Below, one piece after another: positions 12,067 to 24,118 of a DNA stretch of 64,000 nt. Numbering within the stretch: the first letter of the stretch is position 1; every line of letters starts with the position of its first letter. Source of the stretch: Lepidodermella squamata (lineage: Eukaryota > Animalia > Gastrotricha). The stretch covers positions 496,001 to 560,000 of the forward strand of contig JBLDXI010000036.1 of assembly GCA_047495785.1 (NCBI GenBank). Direction: 5' to 3'. The position numbers and the translations under genes are program-made. The notes beneath the pieces are model-generated. The model was not told the DNA's origin. It worked only from the letters and a program-made list of their open reading frames with translations, and made no database searches.

Positions 12067-12486
12067 CTAATGAAAAAATATCTGTAATGACAGCAAAGAG
12101 AGCACGAAAGCCTCCCGATACGGCCCTTTCACTATTGCATCCTCCATCCGTTGTTGCATGGTCGACAGCAACTCGTGGCCAAGCGGTGGTTCGTAGCCCT
12201 CATTTCCGACGGCGTTTTTCCACGCGAGACAAACCGCAGGGATGGCGCAGCATAGCATGTACGTGAATAGGCTGCAAATCGACCATTTTCGGACGCAGGT
12301 TCTCAGTTCTTCGACTGACCATGCAACTTGCGTCACATGACCGCGACCACAATTCATTATTATAATACTGAGAGTAACGAGAACAGCGTTCAAGAAAAAG
12401 CAGCTTTTAACTGAGCTTACTTGAGCCATGCCATTATCGCCTTGGATTGTTTGCTGTCCCATAGCTGAGTGAGCCGCTTGAGACAT
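12067..12486 (-). pseudogene. Truncated CD225/dispanin-like paralog
   Basis: Close nucleotide copy of 23690-24330 including upstream DNA. Internal deletions, splice phase mismatch and a stop after the second hydrophobic segment. Lacks the C-terminal exon. Confidence 0.7.
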
Positions 12487-15179
12487 TCCCTTTATCCTCT
12501 TCTTTTATCGTTCAGAAATCTGCAGAAGTGTGTGTTTCCGTAAAGCAGCAGAGATATCTCATCTCCGAGTTGGCGGATGGCAAATTTCATAGAGGAAGCT
12601 AATTATCTTCCATTCATCAAAATCGACGTTTTCAGGAAAAATAATTAAAATCAAATATACCACTGGGGCTGATAGCCAGAATTTCCACTTAGGCATTGTG
12701 AACTGAGGGGTACTTTACCCCCAAATTGGGAACAGAAAATTACCGCAGCATGGCACTATCATCACTAAAACTCACTCCTAACTCTATTAAACAAGCGATT
12801 TATTTATATGATGATTGTTTACAGATTTATTTTCATGAACATTTTCATTTAAATTTTACTACATATGGCGGCGAACAGCTTTGTATGAAAATAGTACAAA
12901 AAAACTGGTCAAACACGATATATTCATACTTGCGACTGATGCGACGATTTGCTGCGTCACATGAAAATTAGTCGACGCTACAACGCTACAGTCGCCCCGA
13001 TGACTAAGGGCAAGTTTACGAGCGACGCCGTGCGATAGCGTTTGATTTCCGGGTCTTTGACTTTAGCAATGACTATGGACAAGAGTACAGCGGCGCCCGC
13101 AGGAATCAGGTCGACCGCCGCTAACATCATCATGAATTTAAAGTCCTCAACTTCACTTGCCTCGCATATCTCAATATAGACATGGCGTAAGATGTCACGT
13201 TCAGCCGCATATACTCATTAATGACGTTCTTAATACGTGATTTCATTACATTGCTGATGAGCCATGAAGCTAATGATGACAGGCTAATGATTAGGACAAG
13301 GATTGGTGCAACGTTGGCGAACAGGAATTGCAACCTATTAGAACCTCTCTTCATCACCCTTTTCAATTCAGCTGGAAGCCTAAGTATTACTGCGTTGTTC
13401 TCATAAATGCAGGGCAAAAAAGTGACGCGTCGCCTTGAAGTTACGTAAATTGCCAACTTTCGATAAATAAGCAAATGAACGACGGTTGCTCCAATTGCGA
13501 GGAAAATATACTTCATATTACAAACCACTGCAGAATGAACATCCAGGGAGAACAAGATTGAAGATGCGTTGAGTAACATGCAAGCAAGGGTGAAAATGAT
13601 CCTATCGATTTTCAACTTCGATTTCAAAGCCAGCAGTTGAGAAATGGTTGCTACGGCGTTAAGGACGCATGCGAAGATGAGAAAAGCATTCAGAACGTGC
13701 AGTGTCTCAATTTCCTCGCCTGGCGAATCAGCTGGGGGTTCTTTATTCACTGAATACCAGACGTAAGGTTCGAAACTGCGAATCGCGTAACTTGAGATAT
13801 CGCTCACGTTTGTGTTACTCGGTGGTAGATTTATTTCGGAGTTGATCCGCACCCGATTTTCCTCCGGTGTCCACTGGAAAATGTACTGAGGCTCCGAGTC
13901 CTGTTCAAGCCTGTGCGAGTACTCGATGACGCCCTGGCGGAACCCTACGAAGCTAACAGAGGCAGCACTTTTATTCGCAGCGTCCATTACTATCTTCGGA
14001 TTGTTGCCGTAATCTTTTAGAGACATATTTTTCATTTTAAGGATCTTCCCAGCTCCGTCTCGCGTTAGTATGGCTTGAAGGTACGCATCGTGGCAGAGGT
14101 AACGCCTGCTGTAGCCGGACATGTTTCTAGGATCGGGAATAGCCTTGTCAAGCATTTCATCAAATCGCACTGTGTCGTAGCCTAGACTGGTTTTCCCGGT
14201 ATTTTCGACCCCAAAGCCTGTCCATATTGATCCGATTAAAACGGTTGATTGATACTGCTGCAAGACAATGGCTTTGGTACACCCCGGTGCGATGAAGTCG
14301 GGTCTTGTTCTTATATCCCCATAACTGAGCCCTGGCAGGATGAAAAGGTACCGAGATCCAGTTAAGCCGAAGCTGAAGCATTTGCATAAAAAGAGCAAGG
14401 AACTTGGGAAATCTGTAATTTCATAAATTATCACTCGTGCACCTGAACGTTTCAATCCGAGCAAAAAATCATCATTTAAGTCAAATGCTGCATCGAAATG
14501 TACAACTCGTATGCCATTTTTGACGGCCAAATCGTAAAAGTAAGATGCGACGTGAAAGTTGACAATCGTTGACCCAGCATTTGCTAGTATTGCAATCTTT
14601 TGCCACCCGCCGATCTTCTTGATGAAGTTGAGTCTCGGCAGGGCCAGTGCCTCTCCGGATAACGTTCGTGTTGCGACGTAAGAGACCGCCAGTGCTAGCG
14701 CATCTTTCTATATATCATTATACGGCTATATTGCGGCTGTTTACAACTGTGGAGCGGTTGCATCCCAAATTACTATCTTCGGTTCAAGGGCTATAAAATT
14801 GCCATTAGCTGCGATTGCTATCTTGCGTTCTTGGACTCTTGAAGATAAAAGAAGATAAATTCATCTTCTTCGCTTATCCTTCCCATAATTCTTCAAAGTT
14901 TTCGCGCGCTCTTCTACAATTCTTCGATTGAAAATTATACAGTTAGCAAAAACGAACTGCCGAGACCAATGAAAAAGTATTATTATCCGTGACTCGGTGC
15001 CGTCCATCTTTATTTTCAACGCAGCGAAACAATTGAAAATGAAGAAATGAAATGAAACCAAGAGAATAATTTATCACACTTTGTTTCAACAGAAATGGCG
15101 ATAACAGGTTGAATAATATCGGAAGAGCCAGCACTCAGCAATAGTATAGTAGCGACCTTTTGCCGGAATTTCGCTAATT

Positions 15180-16090
15180 TTCCCTCCTTCGTCCTCGGAT
15201 CGTACGCGATGATGTCGACTCGTCTCCACGCGCCGTCTGTCTCCTGAAGCCGGTTTACCGCGACTTCCTCGTGCACTTTCATCCCGTTCTTCCGTAGTGC
15301 CGTAGCGATCATCGAGCGGATTTTATCATGACGACTGGTGATCATCAGCGAGTTGAAATGACAAGCGCCGAGGACATGACCAAGAGTTTCTTTCTCAGCG
15401 CCGCAGTGGTGGTCCCGTCGCTTGCAGCAAACTTACTGCTTCTCACTGACACAGATCTCGCCGTCATCTTAATTGCGCAGGTGTACTCGCTCGACGAGAG
15501 GCCGGTTTTATTCAGGATCAGGTTGTTACCCGCGCGATATTCCTTGAACAACACAGCGCCCTCACCTGTGGGTTTCGAACACCACTCCTTAAAACACGAA
15601 TCGCGTTTCGGTTTCCTGAGATCGCGGCTCGTTGCCTGGCGGTCGTCGGGTAGGGTCAGCTTTCTCGAGTTGGTCGTTGTTGATCGAGGCAAGCTTCATG
15701 CAGATAGCGTAGTGTTGGATGAACGCCTCCCACGATGCTCGCCTGATTGCGAGTCCGCGGCAGCGCCTGGCGGCGTAAAGGAATGCGTCGGGTGCCGGGG
15801 TTGGCAGGAGGAGCACTCCCTTCACGGCTGATCTGACTATCTTGTCCACATTCTCCAGGAATGATCGCGGCAGCTTGTTCAGCGGTGCGGTTTAGCTTAC
15901 TGGTTCAGCAGCGTGAGCTTTTGATCTCCGCGAAGCCAGGTGCATGCGACAAGTTTATTCAAGTTCTTATTCAGATTGCTGATAGCCGATGCGGTATCGA
16001 AGTCGATCAGGGCCGAGAAATCGGTTCCCCAATATTTGATGATTTCGCCGGGTTGGAGGGCGGGATGGACGTGTTAGCGTCGATCATTAG
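15180..16090 (-). mobile_element. Fragment of an RLE-type non-LTR retrotransposon (NeSL/Utopia/R2-like)
   Basis: Frameshifted pieces: RT end (IKYWG, LRGDQKLTLLNQ, RRCRGLAI), CCHC-type HCGAEKETLGHVLGAC, then RHD...VHEE...RRVDII of a restriction-like endonuclease. Confidence 0.85.
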
Positions 16091-17357
16091 TCATTAGTGG
16101 TTCGGTTAAGTAAAATAATCCTATCAACAATGCAGAAATTAAAATTTAATACAGCGGCTAATTGGATGTAATATTACTGTACTATTAGATGTACAATTAG
16201 ATAGATTCGGGAGATATTGGAATAAGATAGTAATGAATCATTATTAGCTATTTTAGAATGAGCCATTCTAAAAAAGCTCCTTTGATTCTACGATAAATTA
16301 TAGAATGATATTTGTGAACACGTAGATTTACTGGAAGTAGATCTCGTCCATGGAAGCTTTAGCGGATAAATCTTTGAAGTTTCGCAATTAGGAAACAAGC
16401 GGTCTGTAAAGATTTCTGAACATGTATCACTTAAAACCGAAATGAACTAGTAATTTTCAAGAATCGATGACGGCACCATCGGAAAAAATGTGACGTAGTA
16501 TTTCCGTAAGAAGTCCGCGCAAAAATCGTGAAACCCAAACTTGAATGGTGGATCACGTTTTGTCGTATACGAATAATGTCAAGCGAGTTACATGTCAAGC
16601 ATTCCTCAAATACGGCGGTTTCGTTGCTAATTGATAATCATCAATCATCGCTAAATCGCTAACCAGATCACATTATCAAGACAATCCGCTATCTTTCTTA
16701 GGATGCAGGAATACAAGTCATCCTAGCAATTCTTGAATGCAACCAACTTCGTTAACTTTGTGTGATTCTACTATTGACCTCGTGTGGCTGCAAATCTAAG
16801 CGATTCCGCGAGCTTCGGGCAAGGTTTTAGTTCAGTTTGTTGCAACAGATCAACTGCTCATATTTGATAAACATGAAATTCGATTGATCAGAAAAAGATG
16901 TGATCGCTTTTTCAAGCGAAAAATTTAAGAAGGATATCAAAATGCGAGATAATGGAGAAGGATAACCGCAAATTAGGGTAAGGTTACCTAATCTGTCATA
17001 ATTTTGCTTACTTTTTTTCGAGGCCCGATATCTACTGACCTGATGGGTCCCGGTCCGATTTTTTTTGACAGGGACCTCAGTTCAGGTCTTGGCTTCAATA
17101 ATCCGTCGACAAAATTTGACCCGAATGCGTATTGTGTGCGTGGCAGCAGGTGGTGTTGCGCAAGAGACGGGTTTTTAAAAATGGGCAGGGTCTCCTATTG
17201 TGTCATAATTTCTCGACCAACGGTCCTAATTGTCATAATGGGGTTTAGCGTTATTTTTTTGGCCTGCCTTTATAGGAGTAGGTAAATCAAGGTCGGCGGA
17301 TTCGAATATCATGGTCTAGAGGCCGGAATGTTGCTCGGATGGGCGGCTGCCTCAGCC

Positions 17358-17536
17358 CAAAAAAGTGCCAAATTTTGAGTTTTTTCAAATTTTCACTTTC
17401 GTTTTATCATCCTAATATCGTCACATAGCCATCTAAAATAGATCAATATCTTCAACCGGCGCTAAATAAACACCAATGAGTCAAAAAAACGAAAGTGAAA
17501 ATTTGAAAAAAACTCAAAATTTGGCACTTTTTTTGG
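17358..17536. repeat. Short palindromic element (~48-bp arms)
   Basis: AAAAAGTGCCAAATTTTGAGTTTTTTCAAATTTTCACTTTCGTTTT and its reverse complement flank an ~80-bp spacer. Confidence 0.8.
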
Positions 17537-17542
17537 CGCCTT

Positions 17543-17985
17543 TTGTATAGAAGTGACTACTATTCATCGATTGACGGTGCCTCGTATTATGAAAGATGTA
17601 AAAAACTAGGACTGTGTCCTCTTGAAATCAGACGCTTTCAACATGACCTTGCGCTATGCCATAAAATGTACCTAGGCTGTGTGGATGCTAGCTTTTCTAC
17701 ATTCTTCAAAATATCTTCAAATCCCCGTTTACCAGCTCATGCTGTTGTGATCAAACGATTTGAACATCCGAGCTCTCAGTTCAGCTTTACAAGGCGTGTG
17801 CGCGCAGCGTGGAACCGGCTGCCCTCAAGTATTGTCAATAATTCTCATACTGTGTTTCTGCGATATCTTAAATCTAAGTCAGATGAACTAGTGGATTTTA
17901 CGACCTCTGAGGTGAGGCGCCGAGAACTAACCTATTGCTAACTGTTGTGAAACAAAATGCATAATAAAATCAGAATCAGAATCAG
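17543..17985 (+). mobile_element. 3' end of a CR1/L2-clade LINE
   Basis: YYERCKKLGLCPLEIRR..DL..CHK and FSFTRRVRAAWNRLP are the typical CR1/L2 ORF2 C-terminal motifs. Followed by AATAAA and an (AATCAG)3 tail. Confidence 0.85.
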
Positions 17986-19432
17986 TAGAAACATTGGCTC
18001 AGCTGGTCCATAATTCCTGGGAAATTCTCCGGGAATGGGAAACTATGAAAGTATGCCCATTCAAACGCAGACTCTGGTCATGTTTGAACAATGAGTGGAA
18101 CATAAGAGAGAGAGAGAGTTTACCCTATAAGTTTAGCCTATAGATTTTGAGAAAAATTGATGGAATTATCCTAGACTACGCTCCAACGGAACGATTATGA
18201 AATAAGGAAGATAGAGATAAATTTGGTTGATCTTAAGAATTTAGCCATGATAACGGAGAAATTGTCTGAAGCGTTTGTGTGCAGTACGCATTCTGGTAGG
18301 CGTTTTAACCGCTCGGTATCGGATGCGCCGCAATAATGATGCTATTACCGGCAAATAAAAAGTAGCTATACCAGTACCAAGTATTTTATTACAAACAGCA
18401 TGAAAGTACTGCCTAACGAGGTCTCTTACGTCGCAACACGAACGATAAACGGGTGCGATAAAAATTGGGATACACTGCGCGGTTCGCAGTGAAAATGGGT
18501 GATAAACAAACGGGGGAAACGGCTACCAGATTTGTGTGGTGAAGAATTTGCGCCAGAGATTTGCATCCAGCAGTATAGCCTCCTGCAAAAACAACCGGCG
18601 ATTTTGCTGAATTATTAGCTAGGGGTTTCCTGTAGAATTCTATCACTCGCCGGGTTAGCAGAAAACTTCCTGGTCCTTCATCCTGATTGAAGGCAACCAA
18701 CTCGTAGCCTGGCAATATGTCGTTCCGCTTGTTGACTATTTCGATCAGTAGATTTTGAACATGCGGGCAAATGTCCCCGGCAGTATCGATAACTTGAATT
18801 GGTGTAGTGCCAAAAAACATCTCCAATTTGGTAGTTTCGCCTCGAACTGAGTATACTAGGAATAATGTAAAAAATGTTGATTTCATTGTCGGAGTATCTA
18901 GATTGCTGAAAATCGCAAAATAAATGTCGATTGAATTGAGCACACGCTATGAACATTGGCATATACACGAACGAAAGAGGGCGTCGAGTAACTGCACACC
19001 GAGAAACCTAATTACTTACCCCGATGCTTAGATTTGCAGTCGTAAGATTATCTCTAGTACGAGCATGCAGCCAAAATGTCTATACATTTTTTTGCTATCA
19101 TGGGGGTTAATTAGTCGACGAGCAAATTACATTTAGAAAACGTACACCATCACGTACTACGTGAGTATAGAATGGCCAATGTCCGAGTAGATGACCTGAG
19201 AGAAATGACAGCGGCATACCAACCGTTCTCCATATGATTGGTACAATTTGGTTTTGCTAAATAATTGATCTCTTCCATACACCCAGTGGGGAAAATGTAG
19301 ACCCTGGCATACAGGGGGGTTTTGACCACATTTGAACCCTTTCATGGCAATAAGGACGATTTCGGAAATTCGACTTTGACAACGCACTAATATTGCATTT
19401 TGATGAATTGATCGCCCTTTTGAGCAATATTA

Positions 19433-20375
19433 CAGGGTGTTCAAGAAATAATAGCCAGGCTATTTTTAGCGCTGGACTTCGGCCAGACGACACGCGACTT
19501 TTCTAACACTTGAGACGCGAGTCGTAACGGCGTGTTTTCTTGTAAAAGCGGGAACTTTTGTATTGGCCTTGATTTTTTTATTGCCACCTCAAAACCAGAA
19601 ATTGAAAAAAATCGTCGGGGAAATAGCTTGATAAAAATCACATCTAAATTGGTTTCTTGAATCGTAATTGAAAGGTATTCAATTTCGTTGATTACAATAG
19701 CCAAGATTAATCAACCAATTTATGGTGTTTTTGCTTCTGACTAATTATTCAAAGTAACGCGTCTTACTGTACTTTTAGTAAGTTACTGTACCTACTAAAG
19801 TTGGGTTTTTGGACCTTTTTGCTTTATATATGGGCGAAGAAGTAACAGCTTGCTATCGGCGGGAAAAAAGTAATCGCCATAAATAACTTTTAGGAACGAA
19901 CGCGATGGGAATTGCTTTCCTGAATCACATTTTTATGTTGATTTTCAATAACCGCTTTCGAAGTAACTCGGCGACGCAAAAATTGAGCCATTTTTGCAAG
20001 TCTGCACGAAAATGTTTTCCTCTCACATTGGTTTTCATGGTAACAGTTACCCCGAATATCATCGGGAAAAGTAAAACGAGGTATTGAGCTGAGAGATGAG
20101 TAAAATAGCAAAGCCCCAAGTGAAAGTTGGATTTGAATGAATGTCTTCGTTATGAATTTCATCAGATTAAAAAGTATTCAAAAACCGGATTGAGGAGATA
20201 TTTATTTTTTATTTTTTCTATTTTCCATCTATTTCGATTCGCGATTCTGAAAACTGAAATCGGTGGGTTGAGTTGGGCTAGATGGCTCAGGGTCCAGCTT
20301 GACAACTTGCTCGCGTGTCGTCTGGCTGAAGTCCAACGCTAAAAATAGCCTGGCTATTATTTCTTGAACACCCTG
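19433..20375. mobile_element. Tc1/mariner-type non-autonomous element
   Basis: TIRs CAGGGTGTTCAAGAAATAATAGCCAGGCTATTTTTAGCG... (about 65 bp, near perfect) with TA on both sides. Confidence 0.92.
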
Positions 20376-21116
20376 TACTTTTCGATGTTGGCTACAAGAA
20401 TTTGAAACAATGAGACCGCTATCTCACACCGTTTTGAAAGTATGGCCACTTTAAAATTGGTAGCCGAGGAGTGAAATTTCGATTTTTTTTAAATTGAAAT
20501 CAAGGTAACCCAATTTCACTATCCGGTCAAACAAAAAATACTACAGAGTTCGGCATTGTCACATTGACTTGTGTGTGAAAACTAAGGGCGCTGCCTAGAT
20601 TTTGGTTAATGAAAAAATGAAAAATGACAGTAAACGGCGTTTTCAGGCGGTTTCCTGCAATTCCCACTGGAACTTTGCAGTATTTCGCAAAAAACGTGCA
20701 CTTGCTGCTCAGGGAATTAATATTTCATCGACGAATCTATGCTTTCAGAACCGAATCAGCAATACGAGGGTTTAGCAGCGATAGCTTCGAAAAGCGACTC
20801 GATATTGTCCATTGTTCATGCTCCTGACATGCCGCTGGATGATGCCGTTCGATTGCTGAGAGCGGTCGACAAGCTGCATGCATTTTTTTCGAATTTCTTT
20901 ACTTTCTTGGTTAATTAACTGATTGGGTGCAGATTAGCAACCCTCTGAACCAAATTTCAACATCAAACATCAAATCGTCAATATCGAGTTAATATCAGAT
21001 ATCAAATACCTAGATTTAAAAACTAAAATTTATTCAAACCAGTTTAACCCATATCATAGCTGGAAAGTTATCGCCGGCATAATGTCTGAATTGAAATTTT
21101 TTCGAACCGTGTGATT

Positions 21117-22248
21117 TCATGCAATCCAAATGGAGCTTGTAACTTTAGCTGAAGCTGGTACCGTTGTGTTAAACATTTTAGCATTAACATTGTAGGCGCA
21201 ACTCAGCCTTGCGATGTTCTTCGCATAATAGGCGCAATCGCAGTAAGAACGCGCGTTTTTCGAGTACAGCTGCGTTGAATCGATAGACGTACCTGTAGCT
21301 TCGACGTCGTAAAGCAGCCATCTGTGAACATATAAGATCATAAAAAGATATAAGCTTGTCGTTGGCCTCCTTCAAAACTCGGATTTAGGCTTGGATTTAC
21401 GATTTAAGGCAGGTTTAGGAGGAATGATTCTCTGTGAAAATATTATTTTCTTAGCCTTTACATTCACACTTTTATCATTCACATCTCGAAACCAAGCCAA
21501 ATTCCGGTTTTTCATCGTGCCAAAACATACACGGTATCAGAATTTGAAGGCGGGAATTGCCTATTGGTATTGCCATAGCAGTAATTAGGTGTTGTTGTGG
21601 GTTCTGTGTTGGTATTTATTTGACTTCCTTTACTGAAGAGCTGCACCGAGGTGATTATCGCAGAGGGGCCGCCCGTTGCAAAGCCTATCGTGGCGATCAA
21701 ACACAGCAAAAAAGCACACTGGTACGGCCCTTTGAGCTTAAGATCCATAGCTCGTTGCTGTGGGGTCCACATAAAGGTTGGACCAGGTGGCGAAACGTAA
21801 TTCTCATCCTCGACCACGTCGTCTTTCTTCTTCCAAGCTAGACAAACAGCTGGAATCGCGAAGCATAGCAGGCCGGTGAACAGGGTACAAATCGACCACT
21901 TTTGCACGCAATTCTTCATTTTTCCAACAGGCCAGGTCGCTAGAAACGGCTGAGCAACTCGCCCACGCCCAGTATTCACTACAACGATGCTGAAAAATAG
22001 CAAGATTTTCATTGGTCCTGTAAATTAGGAATTTACTTCTGGACAGGGGCCATTCCCATGTTGTTGTATTGGGGCTGAATGTAGATCGGCTGCTGCATCG
22101 GATACATATTGCCTTGCTGATACATGCCAGGATTATACCCCAGATTATTTGGTTGCTGATAGTTTGGTGGGAAGTCATATTGAGGAACGCCTGGGTTCTG
22201 TGACTTCTGAGCTGGGTCGTAATACGGCGATGGCGCAGCTCCGTTCAT
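21117..22248 (-). CDS. CD225/dispanin-like membrane protein with Pro/Gln/Tyr-rich N-tail and an extra C-terminal Cys domain (3 exons)
   Basis: Exon 1 22248-22037, exon 2 from 21989 (WSICTLFTGLLCFAIPAVCLAW...AFLLCLIATIGF), exon 3 (WLLYDVEA...YCDCAYY...CAYNVNA). Two phase-2 introns shared with the neighbouring paralog. Family label rests on motif resemblance. Confidence 0.7.
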
Positions 22249-22648
22249 CGTTTCTAGCAAAATGAAGTTAAAACAGTTTATCGGACAATGCACATTATCG
22301 GATGCGTTGGCGTTTTCATCGGTTTATCAATTATTCATCGATGAACGAGGGGGGGGCTTGCTTGATGCGCAACGCTTAGGAACAATCGATGAGCCCATTT
22401 TGAGATTGCGCATCATAAAATCATGAATGCGTTTCACTATTATCTAGAGGAGAAAAAATTTCTGTTCTGCCCTTACACACCTTGTGCCCTCTTGCGTTCT
22501 TTGCGGGGTCTAGAATATCGACGGGTTGAACGTTTTTGTTCATTCAGTTTTTGTTGTTCAGGGAAACTTGTTCATTATAGATAATCTAACATGCAACAAA
22601 AATGGTTTTTACTAAATGTTTTGAATTTTAACTAGATATAACCGGATC

Positions 22649-23007
22649 CAGAGTTGTCCCCGGGTCGGATCTAAGCCGGGTCGGATTCGCGTCCGCCCCG
22701 TGGACCCGACACTGGGTAGCTGTAACCTAGACTTAGCTAGAAACTCACCACACCGTAAAATTTAGTGTGTTCAATGTCACTTATTAACGGGAAAACGGGG
22801 ATTAACGTAGCAAAACACATTTTAGCGAAGTTTCGGTTAGCGTAACCTAGAAAATTACCCTTTCGTATTACCTAGAAAATTACCTAGAAAAAACCTCGGA
22901 AAATGCGGCCAGTTTAGACCCCGGTTCGGGTCGGATCGGATCCGGGTTTAGGTTTCCCAAGTCCGGTTCGGGTCGGGTCAAAAATTGTGGACCCGAGGAC
23001 AACTCTG
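22649..23007. mobile_element. hAT-type MITE
   Basis: TIRs CAGAGTTGTCC...GGACAACTCTG, perfect 8-bp TSD ACCGGATC (22641-22648, 23008-23015), subterminal CGGGT/CGGAT repeats. Confidence 0.92.
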
Positions 23008-23282
23008 ACCGGATCAAACCAGGATTGAAAGATCTGCCTTAGTGTGGTCCAAGCCAAAACATTTTGGAATCAGCAGCCAAACCACAAAAAGGTCGCCAGA
23101 GTCCGCGTATCTTTTTAGTTTAATTTTACTGTGTTAGTCTCGAAAAAACAAAGAATCGCCTTGAGTCCGCATTTGGACCACATCGGAGTTTCTAAACATG
23201 TCTACACATTCAAAGTTATTAGCATGGATATTTTAGAGTGAAGATATTAGAAATATTGCTTGAATCAAGCAATCCCTTGCTG

Positions 23283-24118
23283 TTAATCGAACCAAAAAAT
23301 GTCTTTATATTCAGCTGAAGCTGGCAATTTCGTACCGAAGATTAAAGCGTTGACATTGTAAGCGCAATTCAGCGTTGAGATGCTCCGCGAATAGTAAGCG
23401 CACTCGCAGTATCTACGCGCGTACTCCGAGTAGAGTTTCGTGGGATCGACCGATGCATTTCTTGCTTCGACATCTTCCAGCAGCCTCCTGGAAATATACT
23501 TGATCATCCAGCTAATTCAGAGAGATGAAACAACATACTCTTTTTCGCTAGTCCAAGGTGGGTATCGCCTGTTGAATAAGCCATAGCAGTGATTTGGTGT
23601 TGTAGTTGGCGCCGTTGGTGTAGTAACATGGTCGATAATCCCAAATCGCAAATAAACTATAGGTGTCGCCACCCCGGGAACGACGAACATGAAAAAGCCC
23701 AGCAATGACAGCAAACAGAACACGAAAGCCGCCCGATACGGTCCTTTCACTTTTTCATCCTCCATTCGTTGTTGCGGGGTCCATAGCAGCTGGTGGCTTG
23801 GCGGCGGTTCGTAGCCCTCATTTCCGACAGCGTTTTTCCGCTTCCAAGCGAGACGAACCGCTGGGATGGCGCAGCATAGCATGCACGTGAAGAGGCTGCA
23901 AATCGACCATTTTCGCACGCACGTTCTCAGCTTTTCGACTGACCATCTAACTTGCGCCAAATGGTTGCGACCATAATCCATTATGATAATTCTGAGAAAA
24001 ACGAGAATAAAGTTCGAGAAAATGTAGCTTTCAACTGAGCTCACGTTTGAGGTTGAGCCATTCCATTACCGCCTTGGGTTGTTTGCTGGCTCATAGCTGG
24101 GTGAGCCGCTTGAGACAT
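23283..24118 (-). CDS. CD225/dispanin-like paralog (3 exons)
   Basis: MSQAAHPAMSQQTTQGGNGMAQPQ|IIIMDYG...WSICSLFTCMLCCAIPAV...AAFVFCLLSLLGFF...|RLLEDVEA...YCECAYY...CAYNVNA. Canonical splice sites. Confidence 0.7.

Larger units (their letters stand above)
14663..18444. mobile_element. Non-autonomous DNA transposon, perfect 25-bp TIRs, 4-bp ATAA TSD
   Basis: CGTTCGTGTTGCGACGTAAGAGACC at 14663-14687 and its exact reverse complement at 18420-18444. ATAA at 14659-14662 and 18445-18448. No transposase ORF inside. Confidence 0.92.
12980..18886 (-). pseudogene. Class C (GABA-B-like) GPCR, Venus-flytrap plus partial 7TM, split by a transposon
   Basis: Signal peptide at 18886, VNKRNDILPGYEL and YPNFYRT motifs. 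Removing 14663-18444 plus one ATAA restores YRTRLSGEALALPRLNFIKKIGGWQKIAIL in frame with the 13130-14530 ORF (ARVII, CHDA, PPAD, TM helices). A further frameshift near 13210 and a stop near 12980. Confidence 0.85.
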
